Assembly (NCBI GenBank): GCA_041746255.1
Contig: JBGTHM010000007.1
Location: 1 to 46,614, forward strand
Reading direction: 5' to 3'
DNA: 46,614 bases
DNA from: Fibrobacteria bacterium
GTDB lineage: Bacteria; Fibrobacterota; Fibrobacteria; UBA11236
The notes under the pieces were generated by a model. It worked only from the letters and a program-made list of their open reading frames with translations. It searched no databases and was not told where the DNA came from. Position 1 is the first letter of the stretch; each line of letters opens with the position of its first letter. Below, piece by piece: positions 19,671 through 29,600 of the stretch. Made by a program: the position numbers and the translations under genes.

Positions 19671-20363
19671 ATGATCAACTCGCTACGTAAATCAGGCATA
19701 CTCACCCCTTGGGCGCTGCTTACCTTCCTGGCGTTGCTGTTCGCAGCTTGCGAAACAACTTGGGAATGGGTGGCTCCCGAAGACACGGTTGCCCCCCCGG
19801 TTACCGATTCCATCCCGCAGGTTCCGGGAGACAGTTTATCCGCGGCCGGTAGGGTCTGCCCCGATTTGCGCGACACTTCCAGATACGATTCTACGGCGGC
19901 CAGAGAAGCCTTGGAGGCTTTGGTGGGCAAGCAGGCGCATGTATTTACCGGTCTGTATTATGCAGGCGATTCCCTTGACTTCTCGACTCCCCCGGGAATA
20001 ACCGCTCTGTACTTCTGGTCTACCTGGTGTCCCATTTCACATGCAGTGCGTCCCATGGTCAATAAGGTCGCGGCGGAATGGCGGGAAATAGCAGGGGGAG
20101 ACTCCCTTATTTTTGTGGGAGTCAGCCATGAAGCGCGTTCGGGTTTGGAAAATTTTCAACGACAATTCTCCCACGCTTTCCCGCTTTATCAGGATGCCTC
20201 CGCCCAGATGCATGAGGCCTATGCCATCCGCTCCTTTCCCACCCTGATTTTTTTGAAAAGGGATACGGTCGTGAGCTATTTGCATAGAAATTTCAGCGAG
20301 GCGCAATTGCGATCGGCCCTCGCCCAAGCCCATACCGCTTCGGCTTCAATGTCGAACGACTAG
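19671..20363 (+). CDS. TlpA/ResA-like thioredoxin-fold lipoprotein with CxxS site
   Basis: Lipobox LFAAC, FWSTWCPIS, YAIRSFPT (cis-Pro). Confidence 0.8.
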   Translation: MINSLRKSGILTPWALLTFLALLFAACETTWEWVAPEDTVAPPVTDSIPQVPGDSLSAAGRVCPDLRDTSRYDSTAAREALEALVGKQAHVFTGLYYAGDSLDFSTPPGITALYFWSTWCPISHAVRPMVNKVAAEWREIAGGDSLIFVGVSHEARSGLENFQRQFSHAFPLYQDASAQMHEAYAIRSFPTLIFLKRDTVVSYLHRNFSEAQLRSALAQAHTASASMSND

Positions 20364-20382
20364 AGGCAAGCAACCCGGAAAA

Positions 20383-20736
20383 TCACCGGGCGTTGATGAA
20401 AAGAAAGGTCATGCCCAGCGGAACGAGAATGGATCCCAGGACCATGGCTACGGTATATACCGCATAACAACATTCCCTCACTTTACGGCCCACCAACAGG
20501 TGCAACAAGAAAAGCAAACCGGAACATCCCACTGCAGCGCGTACCATGAAGGCATTGAGAGCGAACATTTCTTCGGTATTGCCGAAGGCCGCCGGCAGAC
20601 TCATGCCAAAATAGCTGTCCGAATTGACGAAGCTGAGAATCAGGGGAATGGCGCACAAGGCCAACACGGGAAATATCACCGATACGGTGATATACATTAC
20701 CGATTGATTTCTGTTGATGGCATGGTTGTGCGTCAT
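20383..20736 (-). CDS. Small membrane protein, weakly SdpI/YfhL-like
   Basis: Three hydrophobic helices. IPLIL...NSDSYFGMSLP...EEMFALN resembles the SdpI pattern PN.xxG.R.P......W..AN. Confidence 0.5.
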   Translation of the reverse strand: MTHNHAINRNQSVMYITVSVIFPVLALCAIPLILSFVNSDSYFGMSLPAAFGNTEEMFALNAFMVRAAVGCSGLLFLLHLLVGRKVRECCYAVYTVAMVLGSILVPLGMTFLFINAR

Positions 20737-21024
20737 AAAGCCTCTGAACCCCTTGATTCTCCTACCTGGAAACGGCTATAGGCAAGTAATTACGCGATTT
20801 TACCCACAAATATTATTTGGGGTATTAGTGTAATGACCGTTACTTCTCACGTAATTTGGTCCTTTGGGATCGCCAATCAACCACCCAAGATGGTGGTCTC
20901 CGAAAGGGCCGGGACCCGGACCGTCGCCTTCAAACCGGCTCCACTTTTTTCCTGCGAAATTTTCTTTTTGGGGAATGTTGCGATTCTATAGCCCTGGGGC
21001 CGGTTAAGGTTTTATACTGATAGG

Positions 21025-21933
21025 GTGAAAAAGGCTGAATTTCCCCTAAATCCAGGCGCCGGCCTGCGTGAAGCGCTCCATCGTGAAAGGCCTCTCCAGG
21101 TCGTTGGCGTGCCGAACGCCTTCTGCGCCCTCATGGCCAAAGACTCCGGTTTCCAGGCTCTCTACCTTTCCGGGGCGGGTGTGGCCAATATCTCCTACGG
21201 CCTACCCGATCTCGGCATGACCTCTCTGGACAACGTGCTGGAGGATTGTCGGCGCATCAGGGGCGCGGTCGAGCTTCCCCTGTTGGTGGACGCCGATACC
21301 GGTTTCGGAACGGCTTTATCCCTGGCCCGCACGGTGCGGGAGCTGGAGCGGGCGGGTGCGGCGGGAATGCATATCGAAGACCAGGTCCAGGCGAAGCGCT
21401 GCGGACACCGCCCCGGCAAACAACTCGTCTCCGCCGGTGAAATGGTCGACCGCATCAAGGCCGCGGTCGACGCCCGGTCAAAGAGCGATTTCGTGATAAT
21501 GGCCCGCACCGACGCCCTCGCCGGAGAGGGGATGGACCGGGCGCTGGAGCGGGCCCGATCGTATGCCGCAGCCGGCGCCGACATGCTCTTCCCGGAAGCT
21601 GTAGCAACCCTGGATCAGTACCGGGACTTCGCGGCCTTGGGCCTTCCGGTATTGGCCAACATCACCGAATTCGGGCAAACCCCGCTTTTCACCCGCGAAG
21701 AATTGGAAGGGGCCGGCATAGACCTCATCCTCCATCCCCTCACCGCCGCCCGCGCCATGCACCAGGCGGCATCCGAGATTTATCGTCTTCTGCGTCAAAA
21801 GGGTACGCAAAAAGACGCCCTGAAAAAGTTGCAAACCCGCGAAGAGTTGTACCGACTCCTGGATTATTCCGCCTATGAAAGCAAACTGGATGCGTTGTTT
21901 AGAAATGATGCTTCCGGGGATGGGAAAAAGTAG
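21025..21933 (+). CDS. prpB: 2-methylisocitrate lyase
   Basis: [45 protein letters not shown]. Confidence 0.96.
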   Translation: MKKAEFPLNPGAGLREALHRERPLQVVGVPNAFCALMAKDSGFQALYLSGAGVANISYGLPDLGMTSLDNVLEDCRRIRGAVELPLLVDADTGFGTALSLARTVRELERAGAAGMHIEDQVQAKRCGHRPGKQLVSAGEMVDRIKAAVDARSKSDFVIMARTDALAGEGMDRALERARSYAAAGADMLFPEAVATLDQYRDFAALGLPVLANITEFGQTPLFTREELEGAGIDLILHPLTAARAMHQAASEIYRLLRQKGTQKDALKKLQTREELYRLLDYSAYESKLDALFRNDASGDGKK

Positions 21934-21970
21934 GTTAAGGAAAAGCAGGCGAAAGCATAGGGAGGTCGGT

Positions 21971-23110
21971 ATGAAGGAAACGAAAACGGCGAAAAAACCG
22001 AAGACCGGCGGACTGGCGGGCATTGTAGCCGGCGACTCCGCGATTTGCACCGTCGGCTTGGAAGGCCAAGGCCTTACCTATCGCGGATATTCCATCCACG
22101 ACTTGGCCGAGCGCAGTAATTTCGAAGAGGTGGCTTGGCTGCTGACCCGGGGCGAATTGCCCACCCCCGGCGAGTTTAAAATCTATCGCGCGCGCCTTGC
22201 GACTTTGCGGGATTTACCCGGTTCTCTCAAAGAAATTTTGATTCGTCTTCCGATGGACGCCCATCCCATGGATGTGATTCGAACCGGCTGCTCCATGCTG
22301 GGATGCCTGGAACCCGAAAGCGAAACCAATCCCGGTTGGCAAGTAGCCGATAGGCTCATCGCCTGTGTTCCGAGCATGATTCTCTATTGGTGGCAGCACC
22401 ACCACGGAGGCCTGATGCCCGCCTTGGAAGAAAGGGTGGGTTCTACCGCGCACTTTTTCCTGAAGGGATTGAGCGGCAAAGCGCCCTCGGAAAGCGCCAC
22501 CCGTTGCCTGGACGTTTCGCTCATGCTCTATGCCGAACATGAATTCAACGCCTCCACTTTTACAGCGCGGACCATAGCGAGCACTCTCTCCGATTTTTAT
22601 TCCGCCGTTACCGGCGCCATCGGCGCTTTGCGGGGACCATTGCATGGCGGCGCCAATGAAGCCGCCATGGACCTCATAGAAAAATTCCGTGACCCGGAAG
22701 CTGCCGAAGCGGGATTGCGAGCGAGTTTAAAGAAAAAAGAGAAGATTATGGGGTTTGGGCATCGCGTCTATACGGTTTCGGATCCCCGGTCCGACATCAT
22801 CAAGCAATGGGCGGCGCGTCTGGCCCAGGAAACCGGCGACAAGGTCCTATTCCCCGTCTCGGAGCGTATCGAAAAGGTGATGTGGGATGAGAAGGAGCTT
22901 TTTCCCAACCTTGATTTCTACAGTGCCGCGGCCTATCACTTCTGCGGAATACCCACCTCCCTATTCACTCCGCTATTCGCGATAGCGCGCTTGGCCGGAT
23001 GGTCCGCGCATATTCTGGAGCAAAGGAGCGACAACAAGCTGATACGCCCCGTGAGTAACTATGTGGGACCCACCCAAAGGGAGTACACTTTCATTTCAGA
23101 AAGACGATGA
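21971..23110 (+). CDS. prpC: 2-methylcitrate synthase
   Basis: YAEHEFNASTF, GPLHGGANE, GFGHRVY, FPNLDFY. GGAGG RBS before ATG 21971. Lies between prpB and prpD. Confidence 0.94.
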   Translation: MKETKTAKKPKTGGLAGIVAGDSAICTVGLEGQGLTYRGYSIHDLAERSNFEEVAWLLTRGELPTPGEFKIYRARLATLRDLPGSLKEILIRLPMDAHPMDVIRTGCSMLGCLEPESETNPGWQVADRLIACVPSMILYWWQHHHGGLMPALEERVGSTAHFFLKGLSGKAPSESATRCLDVSLMLYAEHEFNASTFTARTIASTLSDFYSAVTGAIGALRGPLHGGANEAAMDLIEKFRDPEAAEAGLRASLKKKEKIMGFGHRVYTVSDPRSDIIKQWAARLAQETGDKVLFPVSERIEKVMWDEKELFPNLDFYSAAAYHFCGIPTSLFTPLFAIARLAGWSAHILEQRSDNKLIRPVSNYVGPTQREYTFISERR

Positions 23111-23117
23111 CGCGCGC

Positions 23118-24569
23118 ATGAATCCGTCCCATGACGATTCCCCGCTCCCACGCCGCGACGATATACTCTTAAGACTTGCCGATTATGTCGCCGACTATCA
23201 GGAACCTTCGCAGGAAGCCTGGAAAACGGCGAGACTTTGTCTGTCGGATAGTCTGGGGTGCGCGATGCTCGCTCTGAATCACCCCGAATGCATGCGTATG
23301 CTCGGACCCATCGTACCCGAGTCCCATACTTTGGAGGGAACGCCGATTCCGGGAACTGGGTTCAGGCTCGACCCCGTCGCCGCCGCCTTCAATATCGGCA
23401 CGCTTATCCGCTGGCTCGACTTCAACGATACCTTTCTTGCGTCCGAGTGGGGCCACCCTTCCGACAATCTGGGAGCGCTGCTGGCCATAGCCGATAATCG
23501 CAGTCGACGTGAAACCGCCGCAGGCCGCGAACCTTTCCGCGTGCGCGACTTATTACTCTCCCTCATCAAAGCCTATGAAATCCAAGGTGTTTTATCCCTG
23601 CAGAACAGCCTGAACCGGGAAGGTTTCGATCACGTCCTGTTCGTAAAGGCGGCTTCGGCGGCGGTGGCAACGCAAATACTGGGAGGTACCCGGGACAACA
23701 TCGCAGACGCCCTCTCCCAAGCCTTTATCGACGGAGGCAGCCTACGCGCCTATCGGCACGCGCCCAACACCGGCTCGCGTAAATCCTGGGCCGCCGGCGA
23801 TGCCTCTGCGCGCGGCCTGTGGCTGGCATTGATAACCCTGCGCGGGGAAATGGGGTATCCAGCCGCCTTAAGCGCACCCCACTGGGGCTTTAACGATGTT
23901 GTCCTTTCGGGCAAACCTCTGGCTCTCGATCAGAACCCCGGATGCTACGTCATGGAAAACATTCTTTTCAAAATAGCCTTCCCCGCGGAATTTCATGCGC
24001 AAACGGCAGTAGAATGTGCTTTCGCTCTGCACCCCCGGGTTCATCAGCGTCTTGAGGAAATCGACCGAATCGAAATCCATACCCAGGAATCGGCGAAACG
24101 TATCATTGACAAGACGGGACCCTTGCATAATCCCGCCGACCGCGATCATTGTCTCCAATATATGGTGGCCATCGGCCTGCTTTTCGGAAAGCTCACCGCC
24201 GACCATTACAGCGGGGAAACAGCGAAGGATCCCCGAATCGATGCGCTCCGCGATAAGATGCGGGTCGAGGAGGATCCCCGCTATTCCCGCGATTACCTGA
24301 ATCCAAAAAAACGCTCCATTGCCAACGCTGTTCAGGTATTTTTTCGCGATGGTTCAAGCACCGAAAAGGTGGAGATTGAATATCCCCTGGGGCATCGGAG
24401 GCGTCGGCAAGAGGCCCTGGATCCCTTGCAGCTGAAATTGGAAAACAACATCTCCTCCCGTTTTCACCCCGAAAAAACCCATCAAATCATTAACCTTTTC
24501 CATGATGCCGCGCGACTCGAGGATAAGCCCGTTTGTGAATTACTGGACTTATTCCAGCACGACGCGTAG
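23118..24569 (+). CDS. prpD: 2-methylcitrate dehydratase (MmgE/PrpD)
   Basis: RWLDFNDTFLASEWGHPSDN, YRHAPNTGSRKSWAAGDA, PAEFHAQTA, DRDHCLQY. Confidence 0.96.
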   Translation: MNPSHDDSPLPRRDDILLRLADYVADYQEPSQEAWKTARLCLSDSLGCAMLALNHPECMRMLGPIVPESHTLEGTPIPGTGFRLDPVAAAFNIGTLIRWLDFNDTFLASEWGHPSDNLGALLAIADNRSRRETAAGREPFRVRDLLLSLIKAYEIQGVLSLQNSLNREGFDHVLFVKAASAAVATQILGGTRDNIADALSQAFIDGGSLRAYRHAPNTGSRKSWAAGDASARGLWLALITLRGEMGYPAALSAPHWGFNDVVLSGKPLALDQNPGCYVMENILFKIAFPAEFHAQTAVECAFALHPRVHQRLEEIDRIEIHTQESAKRIIDKTGPLHNPADRDHCLQYMVAIGLLFGKLTADHYSGETAKDPRIDALRDKMRVEEDPRYSRDYLNPKKRSIANAVQVFFRDGSSTEKVEIEYPLGHRRRRQEALDPLQLKLENNISSRFHPEKTHQIINLFHDAARLEDKPVCELLDLFQHDA

Positions 24570-24590
24570 CGAAAGCCCAAGCAAGTATCT

Positions 24591-24617
24591 TGGACACCTC
24601 TGTCCACCCCCTTGACG
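24591..24617. promoter_or_regulatory. Putative upstream activating sequence for a sigma54 activator
   Basis: TGTCCA-CCCCC-TTGACG at 24601-24617, preceded by a half-site TGGACA at 24591-24596. Same motif as at 29494-29528. Confidence 0.6.
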
Positions 24618-24711
24618 GCATGGCTTGGCCAACCCGTTCCTTTCGGGAGTTTTCCGGGATAATCGGGGTGAGACCACCCCGCTACCGTCCGTGCTTTTCT
24701 TGATTCGGGGT

Positions 24712-24727
24712 TGGCCCGACTTTTGAT
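24712..24727 (+). promoter_or_regulatory. Putative sigma54 (-24/-12) promoter, non-canonical -12
   Basis: TGGCCCGACTTTTGAT versus consensus TGGCACG-N4-TTGCW. About 100 bp downstream of the palindrome. Confidence 0.5.
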
Positions 24728-24804
24728 TAGCTCTCCTTACAACCTTTGGCGTGAACCTTTTCCTTGGGTTCCGGCGGGGGGAAATTCCAAAACCAGGAGG
24801 ATTT

Positions 24805-25359
24805 ATGTTCACATCTTTATTCAAACGATCCCGCGTCGGCTGGCTGGGTACGGCCTTTTTGCTTCCCTTGGCCGCCCAGGCCGGCGATTACGGACATGCC
24901 CAAATCACGGTGGGCTTTCCGAACGGCCACATATCCGTGGGAAATACCTGGGGACATCCCCAACCCGTAGTGGCGGAAAATCATTACCACAACGACCATT
25001 GCAACAGGGTGGAGGAAAGGGTTACGGTGATCCACCATGCTCCTCCCGTCAGACATGTGGTGGTGCATCAACCCGCTCCGGTTAGACACGTCGTTGTGCA
25101 CCGGGCTCCGCCTGTGAAACACGTTGTCGTGCATCGTAATCCGCCGGCGCGCAAGGTGGTGGTAGTGGAAAAACACCATCACCATCGAGAAAAGGTGGTG
25201 ATACATCACAAATCGGACCACAAACGTAAGCACCACGGTGAGCGCGACGGGGGCTATAATAAGCACGACTCAAAGCACCATGATTCCCGACATCATGGCA
25301 AACAGGAACGCGGCCAAAAACACCAGCGCCAGTCGCATTTTGCCAGTGCGCATCGCTGA
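24805..25359 (+). CDS. Secreted His-rich repeat protein
   Basis: AGGAGG RBS and ATG 24805. Signal peptide ending in AAQA. 11-aa repeats and a His/Lys-rich tail. Confidence 0.8.
   Translation: MFTSLFKRSRVGWLGTAFLLPLAAQAGDYGHAQITVGFPNGHISVGNTWGHPQPVVAENHYHNDHCNRVEERVTVIHHAPPVRHVVVHQPAPVRHVVVHRAPPVKHVVVHRNPPARKVVVVEKHHHHREKVVIHHKSDHKRKHHGERDGGYNKHDSKHHDSRHHGKQERGQKHQRQSHFASAHR
25015..25170 (+). repeat. 33-bp in-frame tandem repeats
   Basis: ERVTVIHHAPP / VRHVVVHQPAP / VRHVVVHRAPP / VKHVVVHRNPP / ARKVVVVE. Confidence 0.85.
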
Positions 25360-25375
25360 ACGAAGCATTATTCCG

Positions 25376-25406
25376 TGCCGGGCCGGATCCTACTCCGGAC
25401 CCGGTA
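25376..25406 (+). terminator. GC-rich hairpin between the His-rich gene and the kinase (possible leaky terminator)
   Basis: TGCCGGG-CCGGA-(TCCTAC)-TCCGG-A-CCCGGTA followed by TTCCATTTTG. Confidence 0.5.
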
Positions 25407-25435
25407 TTCCATTTTGCTAGTTTAAAGACCATCTT

Positions 25436-27979
25436 ATGCCCGGAGCACTTCATTCCATTTTGAAATTCTTCCCGTTGATTCCGCGCTTAAGCGTTACAGC
25501 CTTTGCGGCTATCCTTTTTTCCCACGCCCCTGCTCGGACCGGCACTGCCCACGCCGACATCCCAGATATTCGCGACGCTTATGGCGTAGCGATAGCCGAT
25601 TTCAACCAGAACGGGCTGCCCGATATTTACCTGGTCGGATTCCGCACTTTAAATCGCCTACTCATCAACGAGGGTGAAGGTGTCTTTCGGGATCGGTCCA
25701 TTTCGGCGGGAGTGGGAGGCAATCTCATGCCACAGGGCATACGCAACCTGGAATTGGGAGCCAGTGCCGTTGATTTCGACAATGACGGTAAAGTGGATTT
25801 GCTCATCTGCGGATGGGGCGAATCGCTGGATCTCCTACACAATCAAGGTGATGGCACCTTCCGCTCCGTCACCAAAAAAATGGGCCTCCGACACAACCTC
25901 GACGCCAACATGGGAATCTGGGGCGATCTCGATGGCGACGGCTTCCCTGATCTGCTGCTGACCAATGAAACCGGCCCCATGCGCCTTTACCGCAACGACA
26001 AAGGCGTGCGCTTGATTTCCATTTCTCTCGATTCTGCGGGGTTGGCATCCGATTCCGGTTCTCAAGGCGCGCTGTTTGCCGACTTCAACTTGAATGGACG
26101 CCTCGACCTCGCTATTTCCGGATGGAAACATCCTCTCCGGCTATACGAGCAGGTTGCGCCCTTTCGATTCCGTCCCATCCCCGTCGATTTACCCGATAGC
26201 ATCGATGTACGCACCAATGCCATCCTTCCGGGTGACATCGACAATGACGGCGATGTGGATTTCCTGGTTACCGTGCGCCATGGACGGGATTGGCTTTTCG
26301 TCAATCAATTGAACCCATCCAAACAAGCCGCTTCGCCTTCCGCCTGGAATCTTCCTCCCAAATCCGCCTTCTTCTTTGAAAGGGGGTTGGAGTGGGGGTT
26401 GAGCGATTCGTTGGATAGCTACGGCGGCGCATTCGCCGACTTCAAGGGCGATGGTCGGCTTGACTTGGTGGTTACCAGCCGCGGTCCCATCGTCTTTTTC
26501 AAGAACTCGGGAAATGGATTCCACCGGCGTCCTTTGGAAGAAGTGGGGATTTCCAATCCCAGCTCCAGCTACAATACCGGCTTCATGTTCGCCGATTTGC
26601 TGCCCGCTCCCGGCTATGAAATGGTATTCGCCTCGCGCGACAGTTCCAGTTCGGTGCAACCCGGACCCATGCCGCGAAAACGCATGATCGAAGTGAAGTT
26701 AAAGGGCGTGCGATCCAATTCGCACGCCGTAGGAGCGCATCTCAGCCTTTGGGAGAGACACCTCGGGGCAACCAAAGAGTTGCCCTGGGATCTCAAGCAA
26801 AGCCTGCAAGTTCACGGGAACCATGGATATCTCAGCTCCTATCTCGGCAGCTATTTTTTTGCTGCCGACGGAGACACCAGCCGCGATCTCCGGGTGCGCG
26901 TACAATTTCCTTCCGGCAAGGTAGTGGTGCGCAGGGTCCCTCCGGATTCCACCAAAAGTGTGGTTGTCGAGGTCCATGAAAGCGGAGTGGTAGCGGCGCT
27001 ATGGGCCCGGGGCCTGCGCGTTGCCTACCAAAGCGCGCGCGATCCCCAGCGTCGGCGATTTATTTTCCTGGCCCTGATTGGAGTCATCCTTACGGGAATC
27101 GTATTACGGGCTTCGGCTCGCGCCATGGCGCGCAGCATGGCCCGCAAACATTACACGCAGGAGCTGGAAACCAAAAACGCCGAGTTACGGCAATTATTGG
27201 AAGAATTGAGCCACACGCAGCGGCAATTGATCCATAGCGAAAAAATGGCCGGCCTTGGTCAATTGGTGGCCGGTATCGCCCATGAACTCAACAATCCCAT
27301 CGGCTTCATTTACGCCAACTTGCACCAAATCCAGAAATATCTGGATCGGCTGCAATTTCGTGAAGGTCAATCCGGCAAAGTCTCGGACAACAGTTCCGAA
27401 GACAATTTGAACAAGGCGCAACTCGCCCTGAAGGAAAGCCAGGAAGGCGCTGTACGCATCCGCGACATCGTACAGAACCTTTGGGGGATATCGCGCCGCG
27501 GCAGCGGCGACCCCGCCCGTCCCTTGCAGAAAAAATCTTCGGACCTTAACCGCCTGCTCGAAAAAAGCCTGCTTTTGGCTCGCACCAATTTCAGTAAAAA
27601 CATCGTTGTGGAGAAAAATCTCGGCCGCCTCCCTTCGGTCCTGGTGGATGAAACGCAAATCCAACAGGTTTTCTTGAATATCCTGGTGAACGCAGGCCAG
27701 GCATTGGGCGAGAAGGGGCGCATCACGATCATTACCGGCATTGAGGAAGACGACGTCACTGTATCCCTACGCGATAACGGTCCCGGAATCGATGCGGAAA
27801 ACCGGGATCGTATTTTCGAGCCTTTCTTCACCACCAAACCCGTGGGCCAGGGAATCGGCCTGGGCCTGCATATTTGCTATGAAATCATGAAAGCCCACGG
27901 CGGATCCATTACCGCGCAACCGGCTCCTGGCGGTGGCGCGGAATTTTTGATAAAGTTACCGAGGGAGAAAAAAGGATGA
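25436..27979 (+). CDS. Sensor histidine kinase with CRTAC1-like ectodomain (FG-GAP/VCBS repeats + ASPIC/UnbV)
   Basis: Six clear DxxxxGxxD blades and one degenerate seventh, UnbV-like [14 protein letters not shown]...GYLSS...VQFPSG, one TM helix, coiled coil, H-box [11 protein letters not shown]1/F/G2 boxes. Confidence 0.88.
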   Translation: MPGALHSILKFFPLIPRLSVTAFAAILFSHAPARTGTAHADIPDIRDAYGVAIADFNQNGLPDIYLVGFRTLNRLLINEGEGVFRDRSISAGVGGNLMPQGIRNLELGASAVDFDNDGKVDLLICGWGESLDLLHNQGDGTFRSVTKKMGLRHNLDANMGIWGDLDGDGFPDLLLTNETGPMRLYRNDKGVRLISISLDSAGLASDSGSQGALFADFNLNGRLDLAISGWKHPLRLYEQVAPFRFRPIPVDLPDSIDVRTNAILPGDIDNDGDVDFLVTVRHGRDWLFVNQLNPSKQAASPSAWNLPPKSAFFFERGLEWGLSDSLDSYGGAFADFKGDGRLDLVVTSRGPIVFFKNSGNGFHRRPLEEVGISNPSSSYNTGFMFADLLPAPGYEMVFASRDSSSSVQPGPMPRKRMIEVKLKGVRSNSHAVGAHLSLWERHLGATKELPWDLKQSLQVHGNHGYLSSYLGSYFFAADGDTSRDLRVRVQFPSGKVVVRRVPPDSTKSVVVEVHESGVVAALWARGLRVAYQSARDPQRRRFIFLALIGVILTGIVLRASARAMARSMARKHYTQELETKNAELRQLLEELSHTQRQLIHSEKMAGLGQLVAGIAHELNNPIGFIYANLHQIQKYLDRLQFREGQSGKVSDNSSEDNLNKAQLALKESQEGAVRIRDIVQNLWGISRRGSGDPARPLQKKSSDLNRLLEKSLLLARTNFSKNIVVEKNLGRLPSVLVDETQIQQVFLNILVNAGQALGEKGRITIITGIEEDDVTVSLRDNGPGIDAENRDRIFEPFFTTKPVGQGIGLGLHICYEIMKAHGGSITAQPAPGGGAEFLIKLPREKKG

Positions 27980-29454
27980 ACGCGAAACCCGTGGTACTTA
28001 TCGTCGACGACGAGCCCGCCATCATCAGCAGCATAACGCGGGCTCTCGAAGAGGATTACCAATGCGTGGGAGCCCTGAATGCGGAAGAGGGACGCAAAGC
28101 CTTCGACGGCCGGCCTATCACTTGCGTACTAAGCGATCAGCGCATGCCGGGCGAATCGGGATCCGATTTTCTCGCCTGGGTACGGGAAAAGCACCCCGAT
28201 ACCATCCGCATTCTCATCACGGGCTATTCCGAATTCGACTCGCTGGTATCGGCCGTGAATAAAGGCCAGATTTTCCATTTCCTCCATAAGCCCTGGGAGC
28301 CCTTCGAGCTGGAGCTTATCGTCAAGCAAGCCGCGCGCGTGCATGGATTGGCTCAAGAGAATAAGCGATTGGAAGAGGCCCTGCGGGAACGCAATCGCGC
28401 GCTGGAACGCGAAAACCTGGAGCTCAAAGTCGACACCATCAAAGAACATGAAACCTTCCAGAAACTGGTAGGCTTAAGCGAATCGATGTTGCTGCTCAAA
28501 AAGAAAGTGCAAACCCTGCTTCCCTCGCAATCCACGGTTTTGATAACGGGAGAATCGGGTACCGGCAAGGAATTGGTGGCGCGCGCCCTGCACTTCGCGG
28601 GCTCCCGGCAGGACAAACCCTTCGTGGCCCAGAACTGCGCGGCCCTGCCCGACTCCATTCTGGAAAGCGAACTTTTCGGACATGTGAAAGGCGCCTTCAC
28701 GCATGCCGTGGACAATCGTCTGGGCATCATCGAAAGCGCCCAAGGCGGCACGCTTTTTCTCGACGAGGTGGGCGACATGTCGCTTTCCATGCAGGCGAAG
28801 TTGTTGCGTTTTCTCCAGGAAGGCACGCTCACCCAGGTCGGCGGACGCGTAGAGCGGAAAGTGGATGTGCGCGTCATCGCCGCGACGCATCGGAACCTCG
28901 AAGCCATGGTGGAAGACAAAACCTTTCGTGAGGATCTTTTCTACCGGCTCAACGTCATACCTCTGCACACACCGCCTTTGAGGGAGCGACCCGAAGACAT
29001 TCCCCTTTTGTGCGAGCACTTTCTCCACAAGCATGGCGCCAAATTGAAACGCGCCACTTCCCGATTGAGCCCGACCGCGCTAGACGCTTTGCGCGCCTAC
29101 CCCTTTCCCGGCAATGTGCGCGAATTGGAAAACGCGGTGGAATACGCGCTCAACATTTCGGGGGATAAGGTCGAGATTCAGCTTGAAGATTTACCCGAGA
29201 AGCTGCTACGGGGAAACGGCACACCGGTCGGATTGACTTCCAACCCACGCACCCTCCCCAAGGGAGAATTGCCGAATATCACCCTGGAACAGGCGATATC
29301 CGCGCTGGAAACGGATTGGATCGAAAAGGCGTTGGAATCGACCGCCGGCAATATTTCCCAAGCCGCGAAAATGTTGGGCCTCAGCCGCCAGGGTTTACAT
29401 AACAAACTCGCCAAATACGGCATACGGGATTCGGATCCCAAAATACCGGAATAG
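27976..29454 (+). CDS. Sigma54-dependent response regulator (NtrC/AtoC/ZraR family)
   Basis: Receiver (VDDE, SDQRMPG, KPW), AAA+ domain (GESGTGKE, ESELFGH, GAFTHA, FLDEVG, FREDLFYRL, PGNVRELEN), Fis-type HTH. ATGA overlap with the kinase stop. Confidence 0.95.
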   Translation: MNAKPVVLIVDDEPAIISSITRALEEDYQCVGALNAEEGRKAFDGRPITCVLSDQRMPGESGSDFLAWVREKHPDTIRILITGYSEFDSLVSAVNKGQIFHFLHKPWEPFELELIVKQAARVHGLAQENKRLEEALRERNRALERENLELKVDTIKEHETFQKLVGLSESMLLLKKKVQTLLPSQSTVLITGESGTGKELVARALHFAGSRQDKPFVAQNCAALPDSILESELFGHVKGAFTHAVDNRLGIIESAQGGTLFLDEVGDMSLSMQAKLLRFLQEGTLTQVGGRVERKVDVRVIAATHRNLEAMVEDKTFREDLFYRLNVIPLHTPPLRERPEDIPLLCEHFLHKHGAKLKRATSRLSPTALDALRAYPFPGNVRELENAVEYALNISGDKVEIQLEDLPEKLLRGNGTPVGLTSNPRTLPKGELPNITLEQAISALETDWIEKALESTAGNISQAAKMLGLSRQGLHNKLAKYGIRDSDPKIPE

Positions 29455-29493
29455 CCGGAGGCCGCCCTTGCGTCCAGCTTCTAGGCCTTTTCC

Positions 29494-29528
29494 CGTCCAT
29501 AAATTGGACACCGCCCATTTAGTGGACA
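29494..29528. promoter_or_regulatory. Tandem palindromic upstream activating sequences
   Basis: CGTCCA-TAAAT-TGGACA (29494-29510) and CGCCCA-TTTAG-TGGACA (29512-29528). An additional half-site CGTCCA lies at 29471. Confidence 0.7.
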
Positions 29529-29600
29529 CTGATCAGCGCATTCCCCCTTGAAATAGGGCCATTTTCGCGCACCTGCGGGTTCCCAGGCTAACCAGGCATC

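Noticed and set aside
25015..25170. 33-bp periodicity as a CRISPR array
   Set aside because: The repeats are in-frame coding units with synonymous variation, without spacers or cas genes.
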